From the NCBI GenBank assembly GCA_040285825.1, contig JAUPSS010000004.1, forward strand, positions 5,299,784 through 5,363,783: a DNA stretch of 64,000 nucleotides, written 5' to 3'. Source of the DNA: Eukaryota sp. TZLM1-RC. Taxonomy: Eukaryota > Protista > Metamonada: BaSk clade. Each line of letters opens with the position of its first letter. Position 1 is the stretch's first letter. The notes under the pieces are model-generated. The model did not search any database. It had not been told where the DNA came from and saw nothing but the letters and a program-made list of their open reading frames with translations. Of the stretch, positions 12,951-25,222 are shown piece after piece. Made by a program: the position numbers and the translations under genes.

Positions 12951-13997
12951 CTAAACGCCCTTTCTCCTTTTCCTTCCCTTCTTTTTATCATTCTTCTCCT
13001 TAAACCTATCTACTAAATCACCAATCTCGACCTTTTCCACTCCCTCATCTCCATAATTCCTCCTCTTTTCCTCTGGTGCAATGTACTCACTTTCCCTCTC
13101 TTTTCGTTTCTCCTCCATTTTCACCCTCCTTTTCTCTTCCTCTCGTTCCTTTTTAACTTCATCTTTCTGTTCTTGGGTGTAAAAGTATTCCCCACTTTCC
13201 ATTTCAAGATCGACCTTACGAGGTGTAATTTCTGGCGGGAACGGTGTGTATTCTTTCTTTTTCCGCTGGGCAATTAATTTTGAAACTTTTTTTCGCTGAA
13301 TATTTCTAGATTTAAACTTTGGCAGAAACCGATCCCAAGACTCATTCTGAAGTTCAGGATTTTTCATTAATTCTCTCTTAATCATAAGCTCTTTTATATT
13401 GTAAACAGGATGAATATTTTTCATACAATCCATGACTACTGATTTTACCTGTTTCAGGCCCTTAAAAGGACCAATAGCTGTAACTGTGGTTCCTTGAATA
13501 TGAATATAACAACCTGTTAGTATTTGGAGAGCCTTTAATGTCGAGCCATTAGGTCCAACCAAACGTTGTCTTCTTCGCACAAATCTATCTTTGTTTTCGA
13601 CCGTCTTGCCTATCTGAATAATCTCACTATAAACACCATCAGTAAAGACCTTCTTGGCTTCTGGAAATGGTACCGATCTGGCAATGCACTTTAACATGTC
13701 TCTGGCGCATATGATGGCATATGGATCCCATGTTTTGCGGGTGGTATTGACGGTCATGAATCCCTCAACGAGGTTAAGGGTGCATTCAATGTGGTGGTTA
13801 CGGAGAAATTGAGTCACTTGGGGCCACATGAGTCGGAGAGCGGCTTCTCTGTATTGAGGGAAAAGGATCTTGAACGAGGATTCTTCAGCCAGTGAATGTT
13901 TCATATCACCTGGCTCGAACTTCTCCATTGCCCATGTGTCAAAATTAGGGTCTAGATCAGGTTTGGGCTTGCGATATTTGTTGTTCCCTTCACTCAT
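12951..13997 (-). CDS. KRR1: KRR1 small-subunit processome KH-domain protein
   Basis: [76 protein letters not shown]. Confidence 0.96.
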   Translation of the reverse strand: MSEGNNKYRKPKPDLDPNFDTWAMEKFEPGDMKHSLAEESSFKILFPQYREAALRLMWPQVTQFLRNHHIECTLNLVEGFMTVNTTRKTWDPYAIICARDMLKCIARSVPFPEAKKVFTDGVYSEIIQIGKTVENKDRFVRRRQRLVGPNGSTLKALQILTGCYIHIQGTTVTAIGPFKGLKQVKSVVMDCMKNIHPVYNIKELMIKRELMKNPELQNESWDRFLPKFKSRNIQRKKVSKLIAQRKKKEYTPFPPEITPRKVDLEMESGEYFYTQEQKDEVKKEREEEKRRVKMEEKRKERESEYIAPEEKRRNYGDEGVEKVEIGDLVDRFKEKNDKKKGRKRRKGV

Positions 13998-14081
13998 ATG
14001 TAAAATATAAAGAACTAGGAAGAGGAAGGATTATTGTTGTGCAAACAAATCATTTTTTTCTGATGGAATTTTAACTCAACT

Positions 14082-14370
14082 TTTGTATCCAGTTGAATTT
14101 TCTTTATTTGGTTCACTTGCTCCAACTGATTTCCGTTTTTTTTGGCAAATTTTGAAGAAAAGAACCAATAGACGTTTTAACAAGTTGTTTGGCAAAATAG
14201 AATTGTGTTTTCTATTTTTAAGGGGATACTGAACATCAATTCTGATGCTTTGCTTTCAAAATGCATCTCACTATGAGGGAATTGCATCTAGTTGTTTTGT
14301 TCTGGGAGAGATGAATTATTTAGATGTTGATATTTGAGTTGTTTACTAATCAAATATTTATTAAAAAAAT
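14082..14370 (+). mobile_element. Decayed family E 3' fragment
   Basis: Similar to the reverse complement of about 21990-22275 (FSLFGSLAPT, QNRIVFSIFKG, GEMNYLDVDI). Confidence 0.8.
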
Positions 14371-16000
14371 TACTCAACTTCTTTAAAAAATTACATGAGA
14401 CTTAGCATAATCTCTCCAATTTCATCTTGCCCTCTCAACCGTGCACTATTATGGACGTGTTGAAAAGGAAATTGTTTGCACAATTAGAAAGAGAAATCTC
14501 TTCAGGGTATTTTATAGGTTTCATTGATAAGAAACCTAACACATTTGATTAACTTGTTTTTCTGAAATTTATGCTTCACCTTTCGTTCTCAATTGAGGGT
14601 TGTTGTTTAACGATTTTTGTTGCCTATTTGATGAATCAAAAACGAAACAAAAGAAGTATCAAAATGGACAGCAACAGTACAAATTCTCATTATCAGACTG
14701 AAGCATGCATTTTCCGTTGGTAAGTTCCTAAACACAATAAATAAAATCTACTGATTGATGAAGCAAACAACCCAAATTTCATTAAAATTCATAGAAAAAC
14801 ATTATTTTACATAAAATTGTATTGATAAATCAACCGAAGAACTGAAAATAAGAAATGGTAAGATGCCCAACTAAATATGAAACTGTACAACAATACCATT
14901 TGAAAAATGCCAATAAACAACCGCCTAACGCTGCGAGCTTCTCCTTTTACCCCTACGGCGGATTTGATCCTTCGGCCGACCATCCAGAGCAACAATTTTC
15001 AAAGGTCCTACACGCATTGGGGGCCCAGACCCTTTGAGGGTGACATCATCCATGAAAAACACCCAAACGTCGTCCACATAGTTGGAACTCAGAATATCGC
15101 CCGACAATGTGACGGAAGCATGGGTAGAGTTGTTTAAGACTTGCTGTAGAGACTAGTGTCATTGATCACCAATACAAACCTTGTCATATTGACGATAAAT
15201 AGAATTACAAAGATCGCGCGACAGTGTACCGTTTTCGTAGAAGTCTTCAACTACCTCTGTTAGAAAGTCACCGACGCTGGTAGAGGTGCGGAATGTATCA
15301 TAATAAACAGTGGTATTTGTAGGAGGCATGTGTTGGGTGGATTAGTTCAAAAAATTCTCTTATTTCATCTTTATCGAAACACAAGTTCATCATTATGGAT
15401 TACTTCTCAAATATATGTCAACATGTTACTACCTCAAAAGTCTGCTGCAGTGTGTAAATTTGACGAAATGTTGTTAAATTTATTTAATTCACATCTGCAT
15501 TCCTACGAACATTTACGCTGTCTGTAGTGACAGTATTTCAAACCACAGTATGTGGAAGAATTTCTACTATGAATGTTCAATATTCCACCTGAATTCATTG
15601 GGACATCCTATTTTAATTTTATTGTAGAGCGAACTATAGTCTATGACTATGCTCCATCACTAGGAATAACGAAGAAATGAAAATAAATTTCATTTCGAGT
15701 TCCCAGATGTGAAGAATTTAATACAACTAAAATTCAATTTTATTTGATTTTGGTTCAGATAATAGGAAAGAAAGATAAAATTAATGTGGTTTTAAATACA
15801 ATTATTATGATTAGTACTGTTACAACATTTACTTCCTAATTTATAACCAAGTCAGGTATCACAAATTTTGTTTTTGAACCGTATTTATGACCTCATATTC
15901 CGTAACGACAAATTTTATTATAAAAGACTAATAAAGTTGATATAATGAGCCAAAATAAGAAAAAACGAAAAAGAAATTTCTATACACAAGCCTAATTTAT

Positions 16001-17257
16001 TCAAATAGTCAAAACTGCTGACTTGGAAAAAATCATATAGATTAGCAGTAGTATATGACAACTTTGTAAAATCAACGAAGAAATCTCAGTAGAAGGGTAA
16101 ATAACCCAACAAAAGTCAATCAAAAACAATAAAGATACTTTCAACGCAACAGTAAAACAGCAAGTGATGAACCTTTTTGGTAGAGGTTGAGAAAATAATA
16201 TCCAAAATAACGTGTAAAAATACCATGAGTAGAACTGATAATGTAAAGACCTAGCGAAAATGACACCGATCAAATTTGATTGAACCAAAACGGAAACTAT
16301 AGCGTTAGATGATTGCAAAGTACCATTTGTACCAAATAAGAGTTTGAATGTTTTGATTCCGCTCCATTTAAAGAATAAAAAGAAAATGAGAGTTAATAAA
16401 TGCCCAATTAATAACATTTTGCCAAAATTTTCATTTAAGAAAAGCTCACTTGACAGAAATTTCCAGTTTACAGTCCATTTGTAGGTGAAAACTCGCGAAA
16501 ATTCAAAAGATTTTATCAAATAACCACTAAAATTCTCTTTTAAAAAAGGAATCCCCAATAAAAACTGAATAGAAATTATGTTGAAAACATGCGGAATTAA
16601 TTTGAAAACACTGCCCATTTCAATAGCCACAATTAACAAAAAGCCAGGTAAATACAACAATGCAGACATTTTGATAGAAATAGCAAGGGAAAACAAAATG
16701 GAAGCGGCAAAATGACGATGCTTTGCTGCCGCCAGCACCGCAAGCAGAGATATGAGTACCATTGGTCCGTCATTGAATAATCGCAGGACCCATATAGAAT
16801 GGATTCTTAGTGATGCGGTGACAAGGAGAAGGGCAAGTGGAGGAAAGCGTTTGGAGAGGCGAAGTATGTGTGATAGAGTGTAGATTGTGAAAGCACTGAG
16901 AATGGTGAATAAATACTGCGCAAGTTTGATGTTTGATCCTTCATTGGTTACTTTGTAGAGAAGGGAATAGATGTAGACGAAACCAGCAGGGTAGACGAGA
17001 GGTCCTGTATCACCTTTCATAAGGAGATAGTCCTTGACACCGCCAAGAAAACCTGATGGTTTGCCCACTTCTTGCATGTAGGCTGTCCAATCGATATCAG
17101 TGAAAGGTATGAAGTGTATTATGGAAAGATTGACACATATATCGAACAGAATTGTAATAAAGACGACAAGATGCCATGAAGAGTACCGATTAATGAATTG
17201 AAAGAATGTAGGGGCTGATGACCAAGACTCGCTCATTGAAGGAGCTTCACAGTGCAT
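16001..17257 (-). CDS. ALG3: Dol-P-Man:Man5GlcNAc2-PP-Dol alpha-1,3-mannosyltransferase
   Basis: TDIDWTAYMQEV, GDTGPLVYPAGFVY, RIHSIWVLRLFND, YKWTVNWKF, FARSLHYQFYSWY. Confidence 0.95.
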   Translation of the reverse strand: MHCEAPSMSESWSSAPTFFQFINRYSSWHLVVFITILFDICVNLSIIHFIPFTDIDWTAYMQEVGKPSGFLGGVKDYLLMKGDTGPLVYPAGFVYIYSLLYKVTNEGSNIKLAQYLFTILSAFTIYTLSHILRLSKRFPPLALLLVTASLRIHSIWVLRLFNDGPMVLISLLAVLAAAKHRHFAASILFSLAISIKMSALLYLPGFLLIVAIEMGSVFKLIPHVFNIISIQFLLGIPFLKENFSGYLIKSFEFSRVFTYKWTVNWKFLSSELFLNENFGKMLLIGHLLTLIFFLFFKWSGIKTFKLLFGTNGTLQSSNAIVSVLVQSNLIGVIFARSLHYQFYSWYFYTLFWILFSQPLPKRFITCCFTVALKVSLLFLIDFCWVIYPSTEISSLILQSCHILLLIYMIFSKSAVLTI

Positions 17258-17904
17258 ATTTCAAATGATCTGCTTGAATTCAATTCTTTTAATGTAAAGA
17301 TTAATTTCAATTTGTGCAGAAATCAGTTTCAGAAATCCGACCTGTCACAAAATTTCCGAACCAACGGCCGACATAAGTCGAGATTTCTAACATTGGTGGA
17401 AATGAATTGTGATTATAATTATAATAGTTCATTACTACACTAGCAAGTAAGTTTCACAAATCCTCAAAGTTAATACACTTGAAAGCCAGAAAGGATTTAT
17501 TTTGTATTGGCGAAAAACTCCCATTTTCAATAAAAGGCGTTGTTGTTATGTAAAATTGCTATGATTTAGCAACTCAGTCGAATGGCTGTAAGTTGAAATA
17601 GAGCAAACCAAATTGAACCATTAATTTACTATCTCATTACTTTATTGTGATGTTTACAACTTTAATGACGACGGGCAGCAGGAAAACGATTGCTTGATGA
17701 ACTATAAGGGCCTTGTGGTAGCGGGCCCCCAGGTTGTTCAATTCTGGTTTCTCCAGTTTGCTTGTAGTAAATGATGCGCATGGTGCAGGTTTGGGTGATG
17801 CGCATGTACTGGTCTTCATAAAGCACCTGTTCGTACATGGAAAATTTTGTACAGAATTATATTCCTACGAATATTTCAAATTTGGGTTTCTTGAAAGATG
17901 TCTT

Positions 17905-18469
17905 ATTTATCGTATTTATTGAATTTGCACACTTGATTAAATTAAATCATAACTAATGGGACGACTATCATTAAACCAAGATTTCCTCTACAAAATCTTG
18001 ATTTGCTTGCTGTCTAGCTAAAGCTTCTCTTATTCGATTGAAAAACCGCGGTAATCTATTAATAATGGCAAATTGAATCCGTGAACGTTATAAAAAAATA
18101 TCAAATCTTTTCATTGTTTTTTCTTGCACCATTTTTTGGAAGTCATCCAAAAAAGTTTCTGCTTCAACTGATAATCTTCCATTTATCGAAAATGGGAAAG
18201 CAATAAAAACCAGCTGTGTATTTCTATCGACATTTGCCTCTTCAATATCTTTATCATATTTTCTATGTTTCTCTTTTGCTTTAAACTCCAGAGCAGCCAC
18301 AGGATTAAGTTTTCTTCTGTGAACCAAAGTATCATTTGCAACATTACATGAGACAAAGTCAACAATAGCTTCAGAATTATCAATCCAATCACAGTATACA
18401 TCACCTCTATCATCAGAACCAAAATTATTCAGAGAAAGTGTTTCCTTCAGCAGGGGCTCTTTGATACAC
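17905..18469 (-). mobile_element. Family A 3' fragment with 12-bp TSD GAAAGATGTCTT
   Basis: TSD at 17893-17904 and 18470-18481. RLE domain near-identical to other family A copies. Confidence 0.92.
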
Positions 18470-18661
18470 GAAAGATGTCTTGAATAGAAAGTAATAATAA
18501 GGATCAGTAGCATTTGAGTATGATCACTGTTTTACAGCAATGTATATTCTCCAACAGATAGGTCACACTGCACTGGAAAAACCACGGTGTTACGATTCCC
18601 AATATTGTAATTGTTCATAGTATTTTGATTATTGTTCATTGGGATCAAAATTCTTTGCTCA

Positions 18662-18681
18662 ATATATATATATATATATAT
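18662..18681. repeat. (AT)10 microsatellite at the truncated 5' edge of Fanzor A
   Basis: Direct reading of the sequence. Confidence 0.9.
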
Positions 18682-19942
18682 TCATATTTCCGAAATTTGG
18701 AACCAAACAGTAACATCTAATGATTTGTATACGCGTGCCCTGAGGCGTGATGAATTGGATGTCACTGTTTATAATTGTTGGTTGATAAGCCATTGGGGAT
18801 TGTCAATTTTACATCGTCTAGAAAGTACATGCCCAAATGTATTTCGAAGACATGCCTTATCCCCAATTACCACCAAAGTTCCAGGGTTTGTTCCTTTTAA
18901 TCAACAAGCTCTGGAATATTTCAAAAAATTGAATCCTAACCAACAATTATTACGGAACCCTTTTAAGTTTTTTAACAAGAAAAAATTTAAAACTTTCTCG
19001 GTTTCTAGCAATGGACTCTCATTGCGCTTCACTTTTTCAAAGAAACCCAAAAAGACGTGCACCAGGCGAAAAAATTCTGAAATTCAAGCATTGGGTCAAA
19101 GTCGTCCTTATTTCAGAGAGTCCACTAGAAAACGAAATAAGAGAATAAATGGGCGAGCTAACCGACCGAGGAAAATTGCTAGACGGTCTCAAGATTGCTC
19201 GCAGGATCTTCCCATCAGAGAAGACCTTTTTTTCATGGCGGTTGATCCAAACCATTCAAATTTATGTGGTTGGACAACTGGACATTGTTCACAAGAGAAT
19301 AGGGTAATTGTTGAACAATCTGGAATTCTACTGAATCCGAAAGCAAAAGTAATTGATTTTCCCCAGCCACTCACTCAATCCTCTGTGAACACTTATTCCG
19401 TTGAGAGCTTCAACAGGTATCTCATTGAAATAGCTTCACTGATAAGGAATGATGAGCAGGAAACAATTTCTTTGCTTTCCCAAACTTTGACCAATAGTAC
19501 AGAGAGAATTTTGAGACGAAATAAGTTTGATTTTGTGATAAGAAGACAAAAAAGGTTCATTCATTTTATTAACAAAATTAAGAGACTAGCTAATAACAGG
19601 GAAACTATTATTTGGTTTGGTAATGGTGGTAATGGACCTTCTCGACAATCCACCAAAGCCCCAACTTAGAAGTTTCTGGCAGAAGTAAAGAAATACTTTG
19701 CCAATGTGAAGGTTGGAGATGAATACATGACATCTGCCAAAACCAATTGTTGCAAGGTACATCACAGGAAGGTGTATCATGAAGGCACTCGAAGAATCAA
19801 TAATGCTTACTTTGAATGTCCTAGATGTGATGAACGCTGGTCTAGAGACATTTCCGCTTCAAGAAATCAGCTAGAGATTGCGATTTCTGAACATTTTACT
19901 GGGATCAGACCAGAGACATTTAGAAGGGAGGTGAGAAAGTGA
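18682..19942 (+). pseudogene. Fanzor1-like (TnpB-derived) RuvC nuclease A, 5'-truncated, one in-frame TAG at 19667-19669
   Basis: ORFs 18632-19669 and 19706-19942 are in the same frame. VSSNGLSL (xTDG-like), RuvC-I MAVDPN, IWFGNG, RuvC-II GDEYMTS, Zn ribbon NCC..CPRC, RuvC-III WSRDISASRN, terminal RPETF. Confidence 0.85.
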
Positions 19943-20130
19943 TAGTTGTTTGTATCCATGTATTGCCTTCGGGCGCTGTGATCCTGAAAAGAAAACCGTA
20001 TGAGGGAATGGAGGAATGCTACATGATGTATGCATTTCCGATGAAATTCACAGATGAAGGATTGGGAAAATCTTACACCTTAACTGGACCTTTTCTGGAG
20101 AAGAAAGAAACAGAAGGTGCAACAGAGCCA
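19943..20130 (+). ncRNA. Candidate omega-RNA scaffold of Fanzor A (boundaries uncertain)
   Basis: Immediately 3' of the ORF. c(TTCG)g hairpin at 19965-19974. Shares three collinear blocks with the region downstream of Fanzor B. Confidence 0.5.
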
Positions 20131-20549
20131 ATAAGGTTGATTCGTTTTGTGCGAGACCAGAGAATTGAGTTTCCTTTAGATATGTAGCGAATTCTGTGAG
20201 ATGGTACAGATAAGGCAAGAAAATCGTGAAGAGGGAGGAAGAATACACCGCCAAATCTATCCTCAAAACCAACAAAGAAACGTTCTTTAGACAAAGAAGT
20301 ATCGTGGACTAATCTGTTGATGATGCTGAGAGCGTCTTTCATGAGTTACATAGAGTTGAAATTCCAGAAACTTTTACAAAGGATACCTAGTTTATGAACC
20401 TAGTTTATGAAGTGAGGGGAAAGTGTGGGAATAGTGAAAACCTCCCAAAACCAAGTTCAGGGTTAAAAACCTCCCAGAACAGGCAACCAGAAGTCGAAAA
20501 TGGGGTGACAAGTGTAAAATTTGATAGATGAGCTCTTTATTCTCACTAC

Positions 20550-21623
20550 ATGACAGACACCCACTCTGTGTCACGTGTATTCACTCGGTCTTGTGCACTT
20601 AACTCGCTGCTGACCCCTGCAGCGGTGTAACAAATTCGGACTGACCTTCCTGTGGTCACCGAGATTTGTCATGAAGCTTCTTTATTACTTCAATCTTTTC
20701 TTCTAAATTTTCCGTTGGCATCTAGAGCTTTAGTGGAACAGGATGTATGGTATCTGTTTATGACCGTCATCACCACTGGTTCTTTTCCAAAGCCTTCCAC
20801 ATCTAAAGGCCAACGCCAATTACTCCACATCTTTTACAATGGATTTCTTCCTGAATGCCCACAAGACAGGTCTCTTGTTTCTCTGTGGGAAAATTCTTTA
20901 GTGCCTTACAGAAATTCATTCAATCTTTTCCTCAATGATTGGCTGCAGTCCCAGAACTGTAATTTTATCAATAGAAAAGGGCTTTCGCCTTACCTTGCTT
21001 GTCGGGCTCGTCAATTGGCGTCTAACGTGAAGACAAGTTTACCTAAAATTTGTCAATCCTGGACAAAAAACTTTATTCGTGCTCATTGTAGAGCCCTGGA
21101 TAAAACAAATGTCTTTGCAAATAATATTCTTTCCCTTTTGCCAGATGAACCATTAGCCCAACCCGAGGAAGTAGCTGTTGATTCTGTTCTTGAATATTAC
21201 ATCAATTTCAATTTGAATAATTCAAGAGAAAGATTTTTTTTATTGAATGCATGTAAGTTTATCTTGAATCTCTTTCAAAGATTTCCTACCACCGCCTCCC
21301 TACTGTCCTCACATGATAAAATCACTTTTTCATCAAAGGAAATTAGTGAGCTTTTTCTCTTCAATCTTAAAATTTCACAATACTTACTCACTTTATTTTC
21401 TCATATGCATTGCTGGAAGAAATTTAGAATAATACCTTTAGCTTCTCATAAAGGTTCTAAATTTATTGAGGTACCTTCACAAATTTTCCACTCTGTGAAA
21501 AAATTTCCAATTATTGAAGGATCATCTTCCAAAACAAAGTTTATCAAAAATACATGTTTGAAACGAATATTCAAACAATGTCCTTACCAAAAATTCAATA
21601 TCAACAGAAAAAGTTTGAAAAAT
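20550..21623 (+). pseudogene. Fanzor1-like nuclease B, N-terminal half (ATG 20550; in-frame TAA at 20628-20630)
   Basis: MTDTHSVSRVFTRSCALNSLLTPAAV*QIRTDLPVVTEICHEASLLL runs in frame into ORF 20652-21638. KKFRIIPLASHKGSKFIEV parallels RRHALSPITTKVPGFVPF of Fanzor A. Confidence 0.75.
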
Positions 21624-24334
21624 TATCATATTTATTGAATTTGCACACTTGATTAAATTAAATCATAACTAATGGGACGACTATCATTAAACCAAGATTT
21701 CCTCTACAAAATCTTGATTTGCTTGCTGTCTAGCTAAAGCTTCTCTAATTCGATTGAAAAACCGCGGTAATCTATTAATAATGGCAAATTGAATCCGTGA
21801 ACGCCATAAAAAAATATCAAATCTTTTCATTGTTTTTTCTTTCACCATTTTTTGGAAGTCATCCAAAAAAGTTTCTGCTTCAACTGATAATCTTCCATTT
21901 ATCGAAAATGGGAAAGCAATAAAAACCAGCTGTGTATTTCTATCGACATTTGCATCTTCAATTTCTTTATCATATTTTTTTTTTAAAAAAATTAGTTTTA
22001 TTCTAAACCTATAAATCAACATCTAAAAAATCCATCTCTCCCAAAACAAAAACACTAGATGCAACTCTCTCATAGTGAGATCCAAGAGAAAGCAAAGCAT
22101 CAGAAACCATCTTCAACATCCCCTTAAAAATAGAAAACACAATTCTATTTTGCCAAAACAATCTGTTGAAATTTTTGCCAGTTCTTCTCTTTACAATCAT
22201 TTCAAAATCATCCAAAAAACGTAAAGCAGTTGGTGCAAGTGAACCAAAAAGGGAAAATACAAAGGGATACAAATTGTATTTTGCATGCTGTAGACTGGCC
22301 AATTTGGACAAAGGTTCATTGTATTTTTTGAATTTAAAATTTTCAGCATTTGAAAGGGGATTATGAATTTCAGAATTAACAAGCCTTTCATTTGAGGCAT
22401 TACAAGGATCAACAGACATTACATCCAATAAAATAAAGCTTCCATCTAATCCAGGTAATATGACATCACCTCTATTATTCTTATGAAAATCATTTTCAGC
22501 ATCAAACAGATTTGACAACAGAGGTTCCAAGAAGGATTCAATTCTATGAGATTTACACATACAATATAACTGGTCTCTTACAGCATCATGAACCTTGCTT
22601 CTAAAAGTAATAAAATGTTTACAATTTAACAAATGAGTAGTTGTAATTTCTCGAGAACATTTACAAATTAAATTATCATATTTTCTATGTTTTTCTTTTG
22701 CTTTAAAATCCAGAGCAGCCACAGGATTAAGTTTTTTTCTGTGAACCAAAGTATCGTTTGCAACATTACATGAGACAAAGTCAACAATAGCTTCAGAATT
22801 ATCAATCCAATCACAGTATACATCACCTCTATCATCAGAACCAAAATTATTCAGAGAAAGTGTTTCCTTCAGCAGGCGCTCTTTGATACACGATATCCTT
22901 GCAGTTTGTGCCATATTGAAAACAGTGTCCCTAACAGCATCATGTAATGAAGAACGATAAGTTATCAATTTAGAGCAATTTAGAGCATGGCGCAAAGTGA
23001 GTTGAGGAGAATTCGAACAAATACATTTTTCTTTTGATAATAATTGGTTAATGGGAATGTTCAAATATAATCTCATTTTTGTTACAAATGCTTCATTAGT
23101 GGCACACAATCCAAATCTTCGTGGTACAACGGTTACAAAAAGTGAAGAATCTGACGCCTTGTTTTCACAAACACCCTTTTCCAATAACAATGAGTGAAGA
23201 TCTTGATTTAAAACAGCCGAGCTGCAAATATTATTATAAAGATCTTTTTCATACATTCCAGTCAATCTTTTCTGTAATGTTCGAAGAGTGTACTTCAAAT
23301 TTAAAACATTTTTTTCTGGAATATTGCCATTGAATGATTGGGGAAAACATCGACCCCATTTTTCTACATCAATTCTTGAAATTTCTTCATTTAATGCAAA
23401 AACAGTGGAACTTTGCGTTGTCATCAATAAATCTTCCCAATCTGCAAATCCTTCGGAAAACTCAAAGATTGCATTTCTGCATCCACCAACAAAAGCACAC
23501 GAGGTAAGAATAGAAGCCTTCGTCCACCCTAAACCACCATAATGTGGACTAAGGTAAGCATGATCTGGAATTTGAAACATTTTACATCCCAGTAATTGAG
23601 ACAGAACTTTTGCACGTAACTCATTAAACTTTTGAGCCAAAAATCTAGTGACGAGAGGATTTGTAGATCGAAATATATGATTAAAATTGGAACTAAAACA
23701 CAGTCTTATAATGGTAAATTTGATATGTTTTTTTATATCTAAATTCATCATTCGGTCAATTTTGTCAGAAATTGAGTTCAACTTTTCAAACAATTCTTTG
23801 GTAATTTCATCATTATTTCCTAAAAACGAACCCAATTGACGAATAGCATCAATTGAATATAATTTGGCTTGAATTTCAATATCATCAATTATTGTGGAAA
23901 CTGGAGAATTCGATAACAAAACACATTTAAGTAAATTAAGTCGGAGACCAATTTTGGTAAATAATTCTTTAAAACATACAGTTGCTTTTTTCACAATATT
24001 TAAATCACCAATAAGCACAACATCATCCATATATGCAATCATTTTTAGTGAAGGAAACATCTCTTGGATTTGCAGTAGAATAGGATGAATGGCCAAACAA
24101 AACAAAAGAGGTCCTAACGGATCTCCTTGCTTTACGCCACTTGATGAACTCAAAATGTTGTTACCAAAATGTAAATTAGAATATGTGCAATATGTTGATT
24201 GAAAATATGGTATTAATTCCGGCATATATTGCAATAGAGCACCATGGATACTGCGACGACTTAGTGAATTGAAAGCATTACTAAAATCCAATGACATGCA
24301 AACATTGGATTCATTTTGACGAAATAAGACAAAA
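21624..24334 (-). mobile_element. Family A retrotransposon (5'-truncated) inserted antisense in Fanzor B, probable TSD AAAAAT
   Basis: RT and RLE motifs; 3' UTR with AATAAA at about 21631-21686. AAAAAT at 21618-21623 and 24335-24340. Confidence 0.92.
21979..22672 (-). mobile_element. Family E 3' fragment nested in family A, TSD TTATCATATTTT
   Basis: TSD at 21967-21978 and 22673-22684. Has its own knuckle, RLE, AATAAA and A-rich tail. Confidence 0.9.
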
Positions 24335-24340
24335 AAAAAT

Positions 24341-25222
24341 AGATTTAACAAAATTTTATTGAAAACTAATGGTAATGAACTGCTTTTGACCTTTGAAGGT
24401 AAAAATAATGACTCAGAAAACACAGATGAGCTGGATGAACCACCGAAAAAGAAACGAAGATCAAAAAATGAAATGAAAAGTGACCCTAATGCCAACAAAA
24501 CCAGAGAAACACAGTTGAAGGGTACTAAAAAAATGCCCCGTCGAAGACGTAGACATCCAGTCGAAATTTTACCTGAAAGGCCCCTTATCGGCGTTGATCT
24601 TGGCCAATCAAGATTATGTGGTTACTTCTTAAATGATAATCAATGTGGAGTTATCCCTTGTCGAACTGGCAGAAGACACATGACAAAACCTTCACCCAGT
24701 AAACACTCTCCCAACCAATATTCCGTTCAAAATTTCAACCAATATTTGAACCATTGGAGTTTGGTCAGGAGGAAAGTGTATTTGGAAAGTAATCGCCAGA
24801 AATGGAAAATAATTAAATTTGATAACCGCAGACGAAAAGAGAGACGGTTCAGAGAGAGTCTCAACAAATTTCAAAGGCTGGCTGGACATCCTGAAAAACT
24901 CTATCTTGCTGTGGGTTCTGCTAATTTCCCTTCTCATTGCCGAAAAGTCAATCGATATGGATCAGCAAGGGCTTTCAGAAAATGGTTGTGTTATCAAAAG
25001 GACGTGAAGCACTTGTCAACCAGTGAATTTAATACAAGCAAAATGTCAAGTTGTTGCATGGCCGAGAATATTCAAGCAGGCTCATGGCAGATGCGTATTT
25101 GTACTGAGTGTCAAATAGTATATGACAGAGATATTTCCGCTGCAAAAAATATTCAAATTAAGAAGAAAGCGGAATTGTGGCCGGAAAGATACATTTGCCC
25201 AGATGCTCTGTTGAGAAGATGA
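24341..25222 (+). pseudogene. Fanzor1-like nuclease B, C-terminal RuvC half
   Basis: LKTNGNELLLTF, RuvC-I IGVDLG, LAVGSA, RuvC-II SEFNTSKMSSCC, CTEC, RuvC-III YDRDISAAKNI. Confidence 0.87.

Noticed and set aside
14800-15700. Coding-like remnants here and at 17400-17890 and 34650-36200
   Set aside because: Short broken ORFs with no motif I could assign.
17053-17068. Tiny intron in ALG3 (EVGKPSGF, where homologs are typically shorter)
   Set aside because: The GT..AG candidate is 16 nt and its removal would shift the frame; more likely a small insertion.
19939-20342. Small ORFs downstream of Fanzor A (and 25278-25511 after Fanzor B) as proteins
   Set aside because: No recognisable motifs, and no shared open frame between the two loci; shared sequence is in nucleotide blocks. 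Not fully excluded.
22009-24498. 829-aa ORF as a genuine gene
   Set aside because: Composite: the first approximately 55 codons are the antisense of Fanzor B, the middle is truncated family A and the end is nested family E.
18632-25222. Bacterial IS200/IS605 or IS607 contamination
   Set aside because: No TnpA. The long N-terminus and motif spacing are Fanzor1-like, and the locus is physically interrupted by a host retrotransposon and abuts eukaryotic KAE1.
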